Positions 1-9,701 of a stretch of DNA of 64,000 nucleotides are shown here, piece after piece (within the stretch, counting starts at the first letter, position 1; each line of letters begins with the position of its first letter). The notes under the pieces were generated by a model. It was not told the origin of the DNA. It saw only the letters and a program-made list of their open reading frames with translations, and made no database searches. The stretch comes from Thermodesulfobacteriota bacterium. Lineage in GTDB: Bacteria; Desulfobacterota_D; UBA1144; Nemesobacterales; UBA2774. Where the stretch lies: contig OZ244991.1 of NCBI GenBank assembly GCA_965223335.1, positions 1,088,001 to 1,152,000 on the forward strand, read 5' to 3'. The position numbers and the translations under genes are program-made.

Positions 1-1
1 T

Positions 2-397
2 GCCATAGTCGCTCTTTTTCTCTACAGCCTGTTGCCAATTGTAAGGAACACCTATTCGGGTCTTATGAATATAAGCCCCGAGATAAAAGAATCCGTCCAA
101 GCACTTGGGCTCAGCCGCTTCGCGATGCTTAGAATGATTGAGCTCCCTTTGGCCTCGCGCTCGATCCTTGCGGGTATAAAAACCTCGGCTGTGATAAACG
201 TGGGCACGGCAACCCTGGGTGCCTTGATCGGTGCGGGGGGTTACGGCCAGCCCATACTGACCGGTATACGTCTCGACAACATCGGGTTAATATTAGAGGG
301 AGCCGTGCCGGCCGCAGTCCTGGCACTCTTGGTCCAGGGCCTGTTCGACTTGCTCGAGCACGTGGTGGTTCCCCGAGGGCTTAGATTGAGCAATTAA
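2..397 (+). CDS. Osmoprotectant (glycine betaine/choline) ABC transporter permease, C-terminal part; 5' end lies outside the window
   Basis: EAA-loop-like [18 protein letters not shown] and the [15 protein letters not shown] motif typical of OpuBB/YehW-type permeases. Confidence 0.85.
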   Translation, partial: AIVALFLYSLLPIVRNTYSGLMNISPEIKESVQALGLSRFAMLRMIELPLASRSILAGIKTSAVINVGTATLGALIGAGGYGQPILTGIRLDNIGLILEGAVPAAVLALLVQGLFDLLEHVVVPRGLRLSN

Positions 398-412
398 GTT
401 AGGAGGTAGATT

Positions 413-949
413 ATGATACATGCGCTGGAAGGAAGGAAATTGGAGATACTGGGGGCAAGCTATTTTATTGCCGACAACGCAACTCTCATAGGTTCCGTCA
501 TTATTCATAACGATGTGAGCATTTGGTTTAACGCTGTGATCCGCGGTGATCATGAGCCTATTACTATAGACGAGGGTACTAACATCCAGGACGGTGTCGT
601 CATCCATACCGATGAGGGTATCCCTATGCGAGTAGGCAAGGGGGTTACGGTCGGGCATAACGCAATGCTCCACGGCTGTAATATAGGCGATAACAGCCTT
701 GTGGGTATAGGGGCTGTGATTCTTAACAATGCACAAATCGGCGAGAATTGTATAGTGGGAGCGTGCAGCCTGGTTACACAAGGCCTCAAAATACCCGATA
801 ATTCACTGGTGATGGGCTCGCCCGCCAAGGTTGTAAGAGAGCTTAGCGAACAAGAGATACAGGGCTTAAGAGAGTCGGCCGAGCACTACGTCGAAAACTA
901 CAAACGCTACAAGAGGGGCCTTACACAGGATGATGTATATACTTACTAA
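413..949 (+). CDS. Gamma-carbonic anhydrase family (YrdA/PaaY-like) hexapeptide-repeat protein
   Basis: IRGD..I.I...TNIQDG..IH, TVGH..MLHGC motifs; AGGAGG RBS upstream. Confidence 0.9.
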   Translation: MIHALEGRKLEILGASYFIADNATLIGSVIIHNDVSIWFNAVIRGDHEPITIDEGTNIQDGVVIHTDEGIPMRVGKGVTVGHNAMLHGCNIGDNSLVGIGAVILNNAQIGENCIVGACSLVTQGLKIPDNSLVMGSPAKVVRELSEQEIQGLRESAEHYVENYKRYKRGLTQDDVYTY

Positions 950-958
950 CTCAGTATG

Positions 959-2578
959 CTAAGAGCCGTAAAGTTCATCGGCGTACTCTTCGGCTTTGCC
1001 CTCATCGCCTGAAGTGGGCGAGATGTCTTTATAGAACGCAGGGCCGTACTCACGAGTTTTTACAACCACCGGCATGGGTACCGAGTGCCCCAGAATAAGC
1101 GCCTGCTGTTTAGTGTCTAGACTCGCCAGCACCGATCTCAGCCCCGATGTGTTACTAACCCCAGTCAGTACCGACTGTATATCCTTCTCGTCATTTAAGA
1201 GTGCTGTTATTCTGGTACCTATCTGCGAGATTACCTCGTCGTCTATTCCCGAGGGACGCTGGTCCACAATCATCATTGTCACAAAATACTTTCTAAGCTC
1301 CCTGGCTATGGTTCCAAAGATTGTTTGCTTTGCGGCTTGTGGGTTTAGGAACTTATGAGCTTCCTCTATGGTTATCATCAGCTGGCGGGGCCGGTCGGCC
1401 TCGTTGTCAGTGGCCTGGAATATCTCTGTTTTTTCTATGTAGTAGTCGTGAATCCTTCTCGACATTATATTGGCAACGAGCAGGTATGCCAGGGTGCTGC
1501 GGCACTTGCCGAACTCAAGCACTATGTGTATGCCGCGCTCTATATAATCCAGTATCTTTTTAATCGTCCCTTCACTCTGCACCGAGTCGTCCACAACAAA
1601 GGGCAGTGCCTGTATCCTATAAAGCTTTCTCCTAAGTGCTGCTAGCGATTGAAAGTTGGCCCCGATCTCTTTGGCCAGGTCGGGCAGGTCCTTCTCTTCC
1701 CACGACAGTAGCTCGCTTAGCCAGCGGTCTTGGAACTTGCGATAGATCGCAAAGGCCGATTCAATAGCGGTGTTGTTTAGCTGTAGCTCGTCCTGGAGCA
1801 GTGCTATGTCCTCGATGTCTATCTGGTCGAGTGATATAAATGCCTCTACATCCAGCTTGGCACGCCGCCGCCGTGTGGATTCGGGGTCCAGTGAAAATAT
1901 GGCGACCTTCTCGGGGAATAGTTGTTTTAGTCCCTTCACATGCTCCGACGAGTCCTCGCTGGTTGAGCTCCAGCCATACTCGTTATGCATATCGAATATC
2001 AGGTTAACTGCCTTATCGTATCTTATGATCCCAGCCAGCATTACCCGGGTTAAGAATGTTTTACCTGTACCGCTCTTGCCGAATATGCCGTTACTACGCT
2101 CCACAAACCTATCCAGGTTTATACACACCGGTATATCCATATCCAGTGGCGAGCCTACGTGGAAGTGCTTACCCTGCTTGTCCTCGCGCCCAAACACGGT
2201 ACTTACCTCGTTTTCGTTGGCCTCGGTGACCGAGGCGAAATGGGCGGGGATGGTCTTTACCGGGCGTAGCTCCTGATCGCTTTTGCTAAGCATCAACATT
2301 GGGCGAAGCTCCACCGTCGCATAAGTGCTAGTGCCCGAGAGTACTTTACGTAGCAGCTCGTCTTCTTTTTCAGGGGGGTTTACGAGTATATTGGGGGTAG
2401 AGGCCTCGAGCCTAACATCTGTGATAAGCGAGAAAAACTGGTTGTACTCCCCCGAGATCACTACGAATTTCCCGGCCTTTACCTCCTCTATGCTGCGTGC
2501 GGGGCTAAGCTTCATCTCAAGCCCCTCTACAAGTGACCCGCTGGTTATAAGGCCGAGCTCTTTTGATTCCGTATCCAT
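959..2578 (-). CDS. HerA/DUF87-family P-loop ATPase (helicase/translocase)
   Basis: Walker A GKSGTGKT, IFDMHNEYG, Walker B ITIEEAH, ELRK and DQRPS motifs; start placed at ATG 2578 (ORF track extends to 2617). Confidence 0.8.
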   Translation of the reverse strand: MDTESKELGLITSGSLVEGLEMKLSPARSIEEVKAGKFVVISGEYNQFFSLITDVRLEASTPNILVNPPEKEDELLRKVLSGTSTYATVELRPMLMLSKSDQELRPVKTIPAHFASVTEANENEVSTVFGREDKQGKHFHVGSPLDMDIPVCINLDRFVERSNGIFGKSGTGKTFLTRVMLAGIIRYDKAVNLIFDMHNEYGWSSTSEDSSEHVKGLKQLFPEKVAIFSLDPESTRRRRAKLDVEAFISLDQIDIEDIALLQDELQLNNTAIESAFAIYRKFQDRWLSELLSWEEKDLPDLAKEIGANFQSLAALRRKLYRIQALPFVVDDSVQSEGTIKKILDYIERGIHIVLEFGKCRSTLAYLLVANIMSRRIHDYYIEKTEIFQATDNEADRPRQLMITIEEAHKFLNPQAAKQTIFGTIARELRKYFVTMMIVDQRPSGIDDEVISQIGTRITALLNDEKDIQSVLTGVSNTSGLRSVLASLDTKQQALILGHSVPMPVVVKTREYGPAFYKDISPTSGDEGKAEEYADELYGS

Positions 2579-2701
2579 TTCTCTAGAGAGAATATCAAAG
2601 TAAGCGGGTGAGTGCAAGACGACTGTGAAACTAGAATCAGAGGGCTCTGGATTGATTTTGCCGTACCTTATGCTAAAGTAGAAATCTGTAATTCTTCGAG
2701 T

Positions 2702-2779
2702 GGCCCCTTCGTCTAGCCTGGCCTAGGACGTAGCCCTCTCAAGGCTAAAACACGGGTTCAAATCCCGTAGGGGCTACCA
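2702..2779 (+). tRNA. tRNA-Glu (anticodon CTC)
   Basis: Acceptor stem GGCCCCT/AGGGGCT, anticodon arm TAGCC-CT-CTC-AA-GGCTA, T-arm ACGGG-TTCAAAT-CCCGT, encoded 3' ACCA. Confidence 0.95.
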
Positions 2780-2956
2780 GATTCTTAATTTTTCTCTCCC
2801 TATCATAATATGTGAAGTACGTTCATTCTTAGTGATATTTAACACACGTATTTTATTAATAGTGCAATAATATATTTTATGTTGTAGTTAATCTATCATA
2901 AGCTACAATTAATTAACGCTATCCATTACGTGAACTTAATTCAGGGGGGAGTTCAA

Positions 2957-3811
2957 ATGAAAAGAATAAATATCCTGCATACATCATTAATAATGTTGCT
3001 TTTGGTTATTTCTTCGTGCAATAACAACAGTAACGTAGCATTGTTCCCAGAGATAGCAGATATTGCGACATTTCATGGAAATCTGCAAAGTAACATTATT
3101 GTAATACATTCTCAAGGTGGACCTATTACAACTCTTGAAGATGGATTTTTAAAGGAGATTATTTCTGAAACAGATACTCAATCAGCATTGTACGTTAATG
3201 TTCATCAGGCACAAACTAGTGATCCAAGCACATTTACAAACTCTAAAATTACGTTTAATCAGGCAAAACAATATGATCAAGACAGCGTAGAAAATCTTGT
3301 AACTGTAATAGAATATTTTACAGATGGACCTGATAATGTTGTTTACGTTCTTGGCATATCATTTGGAGCATTTATGACTCAAGAATTAATAGCCACTCAT
3401 GGTATAGACGTTGCCGATGGTTACTTAATCTTAGGTGGCAGATTGGATATTGATGAAGCTACGTGGATACCATTTAGCCAAGGAAAACTTACAAAGTATA
3501 TTTATGATCAAAATAAAAGTTACGTAATTCAAGTCTTGGAAAATGATAACATAGAAGGAGAAAATATGAGTAAGTTAGCGGCTGGACTTGGATACCATCG
3601 TTATACTATGGAATTGGCCGGCATTAATGATCTTTCTAAAATAACCTATGTATATGGGGATAGGGACGATCAGGTTGGGCCACTTTCACAAGCTGAACAG
3701 GATTTTTTAACCGATAGGGACGCAACTGTAATTCTTGCTGAAGACGGAGATCATGATTCAACTATTGGCATAGGATTGACTGTACTAAAACAGGTATTTA
3801 ATATTCCTTAA
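2957..3811 (+). CDS. Alpha/beta-hydrolase fold lipoprotein
   Basis: Signal peptide ending in lipobox-like ISSC; QGGP oxyanion-like motif, GISFG nucleophile elbow, GDRDDQV (Asp) and GDHD (His); very AT-rich. Confidence 0.7.
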   Translation: MKRINILHTSLIMLLLVISSCNNNSNVALFPEIADIATFHGNLQSNIIVIHSQGGPITTLEDGFLKEIISETDTQSALYVNVHQAQTSDPSTFTNSKITFNQAKQYDQDSVENLVTVIEYFTDGPDNVVYVLGISFGAFMTQELIATHGIDVADGYLILGGRLDIDEATWIPFSQGKLTKYIYDQNKSYVIQVLENDNIEGENMSKLAAGLGYHRYTMELAGINDLSKITYVYGDRDDQVGPLSQAEQDFLTDRDATVILAEDGDHDSTIGIGLTVLKQVFNIP

Positions 3812-3847
3812 TTATATATTTCTTGGATTTTTCTGTGTAATTATTAC

Positions 3848-3892
3848 GCCTAGGCTGAAACACGGGTTCACATGCCCTCGGTATTATTAGAT
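3848..3892 (+). repeat. Decayed partial copy of tRNA-Glu (att-like remnant)
   Basis: 3852-3870 AGGCTGAAACACGGGTTCA matches tRNA 2742-2760 at 18/19; weaker similarity continues past the CCA-equivalent position. Confidence 0.65.
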
Positions 3893-4001
3893 CTTCTAGC
3901 ACCCATATCGAATCTTTTTTGCAAACAACCATTCTTAATTTATATATGGAGAGTGGTTATTATGATATATATCTATATATAGAAGAAGAGGGGGTGTAAA
4001 T

Positions 4002-4433
4002 GTGAAACGTTTAGTGACGATAACAATATTGTTTTTAATCTTTGCAGGTATTAGCAGTCTGGCGGGAGAGCAGGGCAAGGACTTCAAGGTTGACGTAATC
4101 TTGGATTCTACAACAACGCTTGGTGACAGTCCCATAGTCCTTCCGCAAGGCGAGAATGTTAAAATCGAGAGCCATTTGGTTGAAATTAAACCCGGGGCCG
4201 AGATTGGGCGCCATAAGCATCCGTACCCTGTCTATATGTATGTTTTAGAAGGAACGCTTTTGGTTGTGTTTGACGACGGCACGGAACAAACATACAAGTC
4301 CGGTGAAGCATTTATTGAAGGTGCTGACACATGGGTAAATAACAAGAACGCGGGCAGCGAGACGGTAAAGTTTTTGGCGGTTCTACCTGGATTCAAAGAT
4401 GCTCCTGTGGTGGTAATGCCAGAAAACGATTAG
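4002..4433 (+). CDS. Secreted cupin-domain protein
   Basis: Signal peptide; PGAEIGRHKHP..YVLEG cupin motif 1 and GEAF motif 2. Confidence 0.8.
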   Translation: MKRLVTITILFLIFAGISSLAGEQGKDFKVDVILDSTTTLGDSPIVLPQGENVKIESHLVEIKPGAEIGRHKHPYPVYMYVLEGTLLVVFDDGTEQTYKSGEAFIEGADTWVNNKNAGSETVKFLAVLPGFKDAPVVVMPEND

Positions 4434-4505
4434 AGGGACTCGTTCTTAGCCGGTTTGATTTTTTATTGGTATAATATATATGTAGTAACGGGGAGGGGGT
4501 TGTCT

Positions 4506-5339
4506 ATGTATATATATAGATACTTATTGATACTAGCAGTTTTTGGTTTTGTGTCAGCTTTTCCATTCTTGGCCTATTCAAAAGAGATCCCGTTTCATTA
4601 TACATATACCAACGATGTTAATGGTAAAAGTGTAAAAGGACTTGGCGAGCAACTGCTTGTGTGTTCGGGGCCCTTTGGTAGGAGGTCCAAAGTCAAAGAG
4701 GTTTCCCCGGCGCTGGATCATAAAGATATCAAGTTTTATTCTGCCGAAGTTACTATCTTTTCGCCATATGGTAAATGGCGTTGCTGTACCTATACCACAG
4801 ACGGTAGGGCTGTTGCAGACTTGGGGTGCCCATCTACTACAGGGGAATTCCTGCTTAATCTTACCGATTTCCACTTATATAAAGACGACAAAAAAGTAGA
4901 TGTTACTCTGTATTTGGCTGGACTACACATAGAAAAAGACTCAGACGAGATACCTGAAAATAATGATAGGCAAGTATCCACACATGCCACGCTCGGTGAT
5001 GACAATAATACGCCTAAACGCGACCGCGATACTTGGACAATTCAATCACCCGGGCCGGACGATCTATTAATTACACTCGAAGAGGACCCTGAATCCGGGC
5101 ATATAGGTGAAGAGGCTACGCTCATTCTAAGAAGCGGGAGTACCAAAATAGAGTCCCAAACCGGTGTGCTGCCCATTGAACTCGCAGCTACATTACCCGG
5201 AGCTGGGGAGTATGATATTGTGGTAGAACACCACAATATTCCCAATGAACTTAAGTACAGGGGCAACTATATACTTACTATAGAATCGGCTTCCGGTGAC
5301 ATCCAAGTGATAATCCCATCTACCGATGCCGAACAATAA
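4506..5339 (+). CDS. Hypothetical secreted protein with a beta-rich, PPC-like C-terminal domain
   Basis: GGGAGG RBS before ATG 4506; signal peptide; C-terminal D.DTW..LITLE..GEYDIVV..GNYILTI pattern. Confidence 0.55.
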   Translation: MYIYRYLLILAVFGFVSAFPFLAYSKEIPFHYTYTNDVNGKSVKGLGEQLLVCSGPFGRRSKVKEVSPALDHKDIKFYSAEVTIFSPYGKWRCCTYTTDGRAVADLGCPSTTGEFLLNLTDFHLYKDDKKVDVTLYLAGLHIEKDSDEIPENNDRQVSTHATLGDDNNTPKRDRDTWTIQSPGPDDLLITLEEDPESGHIGEEATLILRSGSTKIESQTGVLPIELAATLPGAGEYDIVVEHHNIPNELKYRGNYILTIESASGDIQVIIPSTDAEQ

Positions 5340-5805
5340 AGGGAAATAATAATTATTCTTAAGGGTAGTAGTACAGTCTTTGCCGGCGTTTTGATATCGT
5401 TTGATAACGAAATCGCTAAAATCGAATCAGATGATTTACCAACAGGTGAGGAAATAATTATTAATATCCCAGTCTGTTCAATCAGCGCCGTCGCAACAAC
5501 CGAGTAACCACCATATGAAATTGTGATTATTATCTATCTTCTTGATATATCACTCCTCTGTTTACAGCTAAATAACTTTCAGTTCGATGATATTGGAAAA
5601 ATCGGCGAGCACAAGGACGTACTCGAAGCAATCCTCGAAACCTCGGTGAACAACAATACGATGTTTGAACAGATTTAATTCCATAGATAAAACAATAACT
5701 TCGAATTTGTTTATAGTGAGAAAATTATTTGTTAAGTTTAGAGTTAGAACTGAAAACCTACAACATTTACGTTTACTAATAATTAACATATCCCTATTGC
5801 AATTA

Positions 5806-5838
5806 AGAATAATGTAGTAATAATAACTACATTATTCT
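5806..5838. promoter_or_regulatory. 13-bp perfect inverted repeat (candidate operator) upstream of the methyltransferase
   Basis: AGAATAATGTAGT-N7-ACTACATTATTCT, ending 13 nt before ATG 5852; TTGCAA (-35-like) at 5797-5802. Confidence 0.65.
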
Positions 5839-5851
5839 ATTAGGGGCATAT

Positions 5852-8488
5852 ATGGGATATTCGATTCATTTCTCTGCAGAAAATGAGCCAGATGGAAAAA
5901 GAAAAGTTTTACGTCTTCAGCTTGGAAAGAAACATAAAGACTTAGAAAGAGTTATTAAAAATACTTCTAGTGAAGACCTAAGACGAATAATAACATTCAC
6001 TAACTATCAACACCTTAAGAATGAAGCCAGCAACCAAAGAATAAGTCTAAATGCTTTAGCAATCAAACTAATCCGTGAACAAATATCAAACCAAGAATGT
6101 AGACTTTTTGATGGTTTAGAAGGAACTTATAGGGGCAACACAAGCGATTTTTTTCATCATCTATTTCCTTATTTAGAAGCTTTCTCACCAAAGTTTGTTT
6201 CTGGAATACATACTACTTATGCACCAAATGCCAAAACCCTTCTCGACCCATTTGGAGGTCTAGGAACTGCCCCATTTCAATTTTGCATGGAGGGGAACAA
6301 AGCTTATTATTGTGAGATTAACCCATTAATGCAACATATAGCACAGCTTAAAAGTAATTTGAGAAGAACAAGTAAAGAACATAGAGAGAAACAGATTCCT
6401 CAGATAGAGGAGCTAACTTATAATTTAGAGAAAAATATAGGTGACTATTTCCCTGATGAAGATTTAAGGAATAGTTATCATAAGTGTTTCAGTAAATCCG
6501 AATTTTTTACAAAAAGGACATTTGACCAAGTGCTAAGGATAAGAAGTATACTAGACAAGATCTATTGTCAAAATGATTTCCTAGCAATCTGCTTGGAGCT
6601 ATCCATTATAGCTTCTCTTATCCCGGCCTCAAATATGCAAAGAGCAGGGGATTTAAGAAGGAAGAGAACAAAGGAACGTAAAAAATATTCTGAGAATCTT
6701 ATTCACCATATCATAGTGCAATTAGAATATTTCAAAAGGGGATTACTTACCTTTGATGTTGACAACAATCAGCCACTATTGCTTACAGATGATGCTAGAA
6801 CGCTAGAATCAATCCCATCTATAAATGCTGACCTTATTATCACATCACCACCTTACCTTAATGGTACAAATTATTTTAGAAACACCAAAATTGAACTCTG
6901 GTTCATACGTGTGTTAAAAACCAAAGCAGATTTGGGTAAACTCAGAGATAAAGCTATTGCATCAGGGATTTGTGATGTAAGAGGGGTACGTTCCACAAGT
7001 AATCCAGACACAAAATTTAATTCATTAGAAGAAAGTTTAGTTGATTTGGATGAATGTGCTTATGACCGAAGAATACCTCAGATGATACGTTGGTATGGAT
7101 ATGAACTTTCAATCTCACTCGATGGGTCTATCAAACATTTAAAGAACAACGGTGTTATAGCAGTAGATATTGGTGATTCTATATATTGTAACGTTAAAGT
7201 ACCAACAGATTTGCTTGTGAAAGAAATACTAGAGAATAATAACTGTAAGATAATTGATACTTTAACAGTAAGAAAGAGAAAATCACGAGGAGGGCAAGAA
7301 GTTAAACAAGTTTGCTTTATAGCTAAAAAAGTAACAGAGAATAGACCACTTAGGACGATTAAAAATACCGAGCTTTTTCGAAACAAATGGGAATCATTTA
7401 AAAATAATTTACCACACATGCACAAGCCCTTCTCTAGTAGGAATTGGGGGCATCCAAATCATTCACTATGTAGCTACCAGGGCAAACTAAAGCCTTCGAT
7501 TGCAAAGTTTCTTGTTGACACGTTTGTGCCAGATGCAGGTAAGATTTTGGACCCTTTCTCCGGAGTAGGAACAATACCATTTGAAGCAGCATTGTCAGGT
7601 AAAAAATCGTATGGATTTGACATAAACCCATCCGCCGTTGCTATCAGTAAAGCAAAGGTAAACAAACCAGATGTAAAAAGAGTTATGTCAACAATTGTTA
7701 AGCTAGACAACTTTATAAAAGAAAATAAGAATCAAGTAAATACCAAGGTTTGGCTCCCGAGCTTCAATAAAGCACTTAAAGATTATTATCACCCAGAAAC
7801 ACTTAAGGAAATTCTATGTGCTAGAGAGTGGTTATTAAAACATAGACCATGGGATACCACTATATCACTGATAGTTTCTAGTGTAATGCATGTACTACAT
7901 GGAAATAGGCCATATGCTCTAAGCAGACGCTCTCATCCTGTAACTCCCTTTGCGCCTACCGGCGAATTTGAATATAAATCTTTAATAGAAAAAACTATCC
8001 AGAAAGTTGAAAAAAGTTTGTTTGAATCATTGCCTGAGAATTTTCAAGTTGGAGACATTTTTTTTCAAGATGCTACAGATACATGGCCACAAGAGATTAA
8101 CGATTTAGATGCAATAATCACATCTCCTCCATTTTTCGACTCTACTAGATTTTATCTAGCTAACTGGATCAGACTTTGGTTTTCCGGCTGGGATCAGAAA
8201 GACTTCATCCATGAGCAAAAAAGATTTGTTGATGAAAAACAAAAAAAGTCTTTTAAATGCTATGAACCAATAATTAGACAGTCCAAAGAAAGAATGAAGC
8301 AAGACGGCGTTTTAGTCTTCCATCTAGGGAAAAGCAAGAAATGTAATATGGCAGAAAAAATATTTGAACTTTCTAAACCATGGTTCGAAAAATACGAAAT
8401 TTTTAATGAATCTGTATCACACTGTGAGTCACATGGAATTAGCGATAAAGGTACTGTAACTGAACATCAATATTTACTTCTATACTGA
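5852..8488 (+). CDS. Fused double DNA amino-methyltransferase (probably N4-cytosine) with an N-terminal RHH-like segment
   Basis: Two complete motif sets: DPFGGLGT...TSPPY and DPFSGVGT...TSPPF, each preceded by an H..Y..P motif-X-like segment. Confidence 0.85.
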   Translation: MGYSIHFSAENEPDGKRKVLRLQLGKKHKDLERVIKNTSSEDLRRIITFTNYQHLKNEASNQRISLNALAIKLIREQISNQECRLFDGLEGTYRGNTSDFFHHLFPYLEAFSPKFVSGIHTTYAPNAKTLLDPFGGLGTAPFQFCMEGNKAYYCEINPLMQHIAQLKSNLRRTSKEHREKQIPQIEELTYNLEKNIGDYFPDEDLRNSYHKCFSKSEFFTKRTFDQVLRIRSILDKIYCQNDFLAICLELSIIASLIPASNMQRAGDLRRKRTKERKKYSENLIHHIIVQLEYFKRGLLTFDVDNNQPLLLTDDARTLESIPSINADLIITSPPYLNGTNYFRNTKIELWFIRVLKTKADLGKLRDKAIASGICDVRGVRSTSNPDTKFNSLEESLVDLDECAYDRRIPQMIRWYGYELSISLDGSIKHLKNNGVIAVDIGDSIYCNVKVPTDLLVKEILENNNCKIIDTLTVRKRKSRGGQEVKQVCFIAKKVTENRPLRTIKNTELFRNKWESFKNNLPHMHKPFSSRNWGHPNHSLCSYQGKLKPSIAKFLVDTFVPDAGKILDPFSGVGTIPFEAALSGKKSYGFDINPSAVAISKAKVNKPDVKRVMSTIVKLDNFIKENKNQVNTKVWLPSFNKALKDYYHPETLKEILCAREWLLKHRPWDTTISLIVSSVMHVLHGNRPYALSRRSHPVTPFAPTGEFEYKSLIEKTIQKVEKSLFESLPENFQVGDIFFQDATDTWPQEINDLDAIITSPPFFDSTRFYLANWIRLWFSGWDQKDFIHEQKRFVDEKQKKSFKCYEPIIRQSKERMKQDGVLVFHLGKSKKCNMAEKIFELSKPWFEKYEIFNESVSHCESHGISDKGTVTEHQYLLLY

Positions 8489-9478
8489 TTCTTTCATTTC
8501 AGATACCCCCAACAGTTGTTTATTTTCGTCATTTAGCTTATCTAATAATTCATGTCTATCCAATATTAGTTTTAGTTGTTTTATTCGTTTAGATAAATCA
8601 GATCTGTCCCTAACGTTTAAGAATTTTTCAACACATGAGTTTACATCAATGTCTTCATTATAAATGGGTTCTCGGCTAGATAATAACTCTAATGAAGCTC
8701 CTGTAATACGTGCTAGGGTTGTTAATTCCTCATTTGTATAATATTCACTTGGCCACTTACCTGATTTATTCTGATTAGCGGATGATGATAATAAAGTAGC
8801 ATTTTGAATAGTAAGAGGATAAAAATATTTTGATGGAAGTGTATGATCTATCTCCCAAGAAGCACTATCTTCTATATTGAGTTCTATTCCTGTCTTGAAA
8901 CACTTGCTATCAAATCTATCAAATAATTCAGGAACATTTAGTTTTTCGTCAGCGCTGCTAGTAAGAAGCTCAGCAATTCTCCTTTTCATAGAAGATTCTC
9001 TAAGTTGCTCTGTAGTACGTTTTGGATTTAGGTTAGCATTAATCACAGCCTTGCAAGTCCTGCATTCCATTTGTTTAAATAAGGGGCCCCATGCCGAGCC
9101 CGAATGTTTAGCGAATTCGGTGCTTGGTAATATTCGGCCACATACATTGCACTGCTTCCAATAAGTCTCTGGTTTTTCAGTGGCCGACCTAAAAAATGCA
9201 CGCCAGAAACGTTGAGCTGGAGTTTTAGTCTTATCAATTGTTTCCTCAGGCCACTCTGTAAATGGCAAGTCATTATTATTAAAATGTATATAGTTACAAT
9301 TTGAACACTGCCATTGAAAATTATTAAAGGCTTCATCGGGTGACGGAAGCTCTAAACCCATATTTTCATAATTTCGAGTGCCGCAGTTAATACAAGTATA
9401 TGATGCCCACGCATGTCTGTGTGATATGCCTTCTTTTCTTAGGATACCAGTGGTATTTTTTGTGCTTCTTCTTACCAT
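8480..9478 (-). CDS. Zinc-finger/HNH endonuclease, putative cognate restriction enzyme
   Basis: Four CxxC pairs (CINC, CSNC, CNVC, CRTC); C-terminal IDHTLP..N..L...ANQNK HNH-like motif; convergent with the MTase, 3' ends overlap. Confidence 0.7.
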   Translation of the reverse strand: MVRRSTKNTTGILRKEGISHRHAWASYTCINCGTRNYENMGLELPSPDEAFNNFQWQCSNCNYIHFNNNDLPFTEWPEETIDKTKTPAQRFWRAFFRSATEKPETYWKQCNVCGRILPSTEFAKHSGSAWGPLFKQMECRTCKAVINANLNPKRTTEQLRESSMKRRIAELLTSSADEKLNVPELFDRFDSKCFKTGIELNIEDSASWEIDHTLPSKYFYPLTIQNATLLSSSANQNKSGKWPSEYYTNEELTTLARITGASLELLSSREPIYNEDIDVNSCVEKFLNVRDRSDLSKRIKQLKLILDRHELLDKLNDENKQLLGVSEMKESV

Positions 9479-9701
9479 TTGTTGTAATTAAGTCAGAAGA
9501 ATTTGACTTGCATTAACATACTTCTAGTATGGATTGTAGCATATTATTAATCCAGGGATAATTAATCGGAAGTGTAGTAATTTTCTTAGCTCTATGGGAT
9601 GTAGGATATAATTTTTCTTGAATCGACATAATGTCTTTAATGAGTATGTAAATATTTTAGTTATTGTATGTATAGTTGCAAGGCTGTTTAAGGCTAATAT
9701 T

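Larger units (their letters stand above)
2780..9600. mobile_element. AT-rich accessory islet downstream of tRNA-Glu (no integrase seen)
   Basis: GC drops visibly straight after the tRNA; decayed tRNA copy at about 3850; hypothetical secreted proteins and an RM-like pair; right boundary approximate. Confidence 0.55.

Noticed and set aside
959..2578. HerA ATPase as part of an anti-phage system (Sir2-HerA type) next to the islet
   Set aside because: Host-like composition, lies on the other side of the tRNA, and has no adjacent nuclease, Sir2 or NurA partner; more likely housekeeping
5523..5789. Short ORFs upstream of the MTase as a possible controller (C) protein
   Set aside because: No HTH pattern or RBS; they look like AT-rich intergenic DNA or gene debris
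2780..9600. Active integrative element or prophage
   Set aside because: No integrase, transposase, phage or conjugation genes, and no intact att repeat found at the right end
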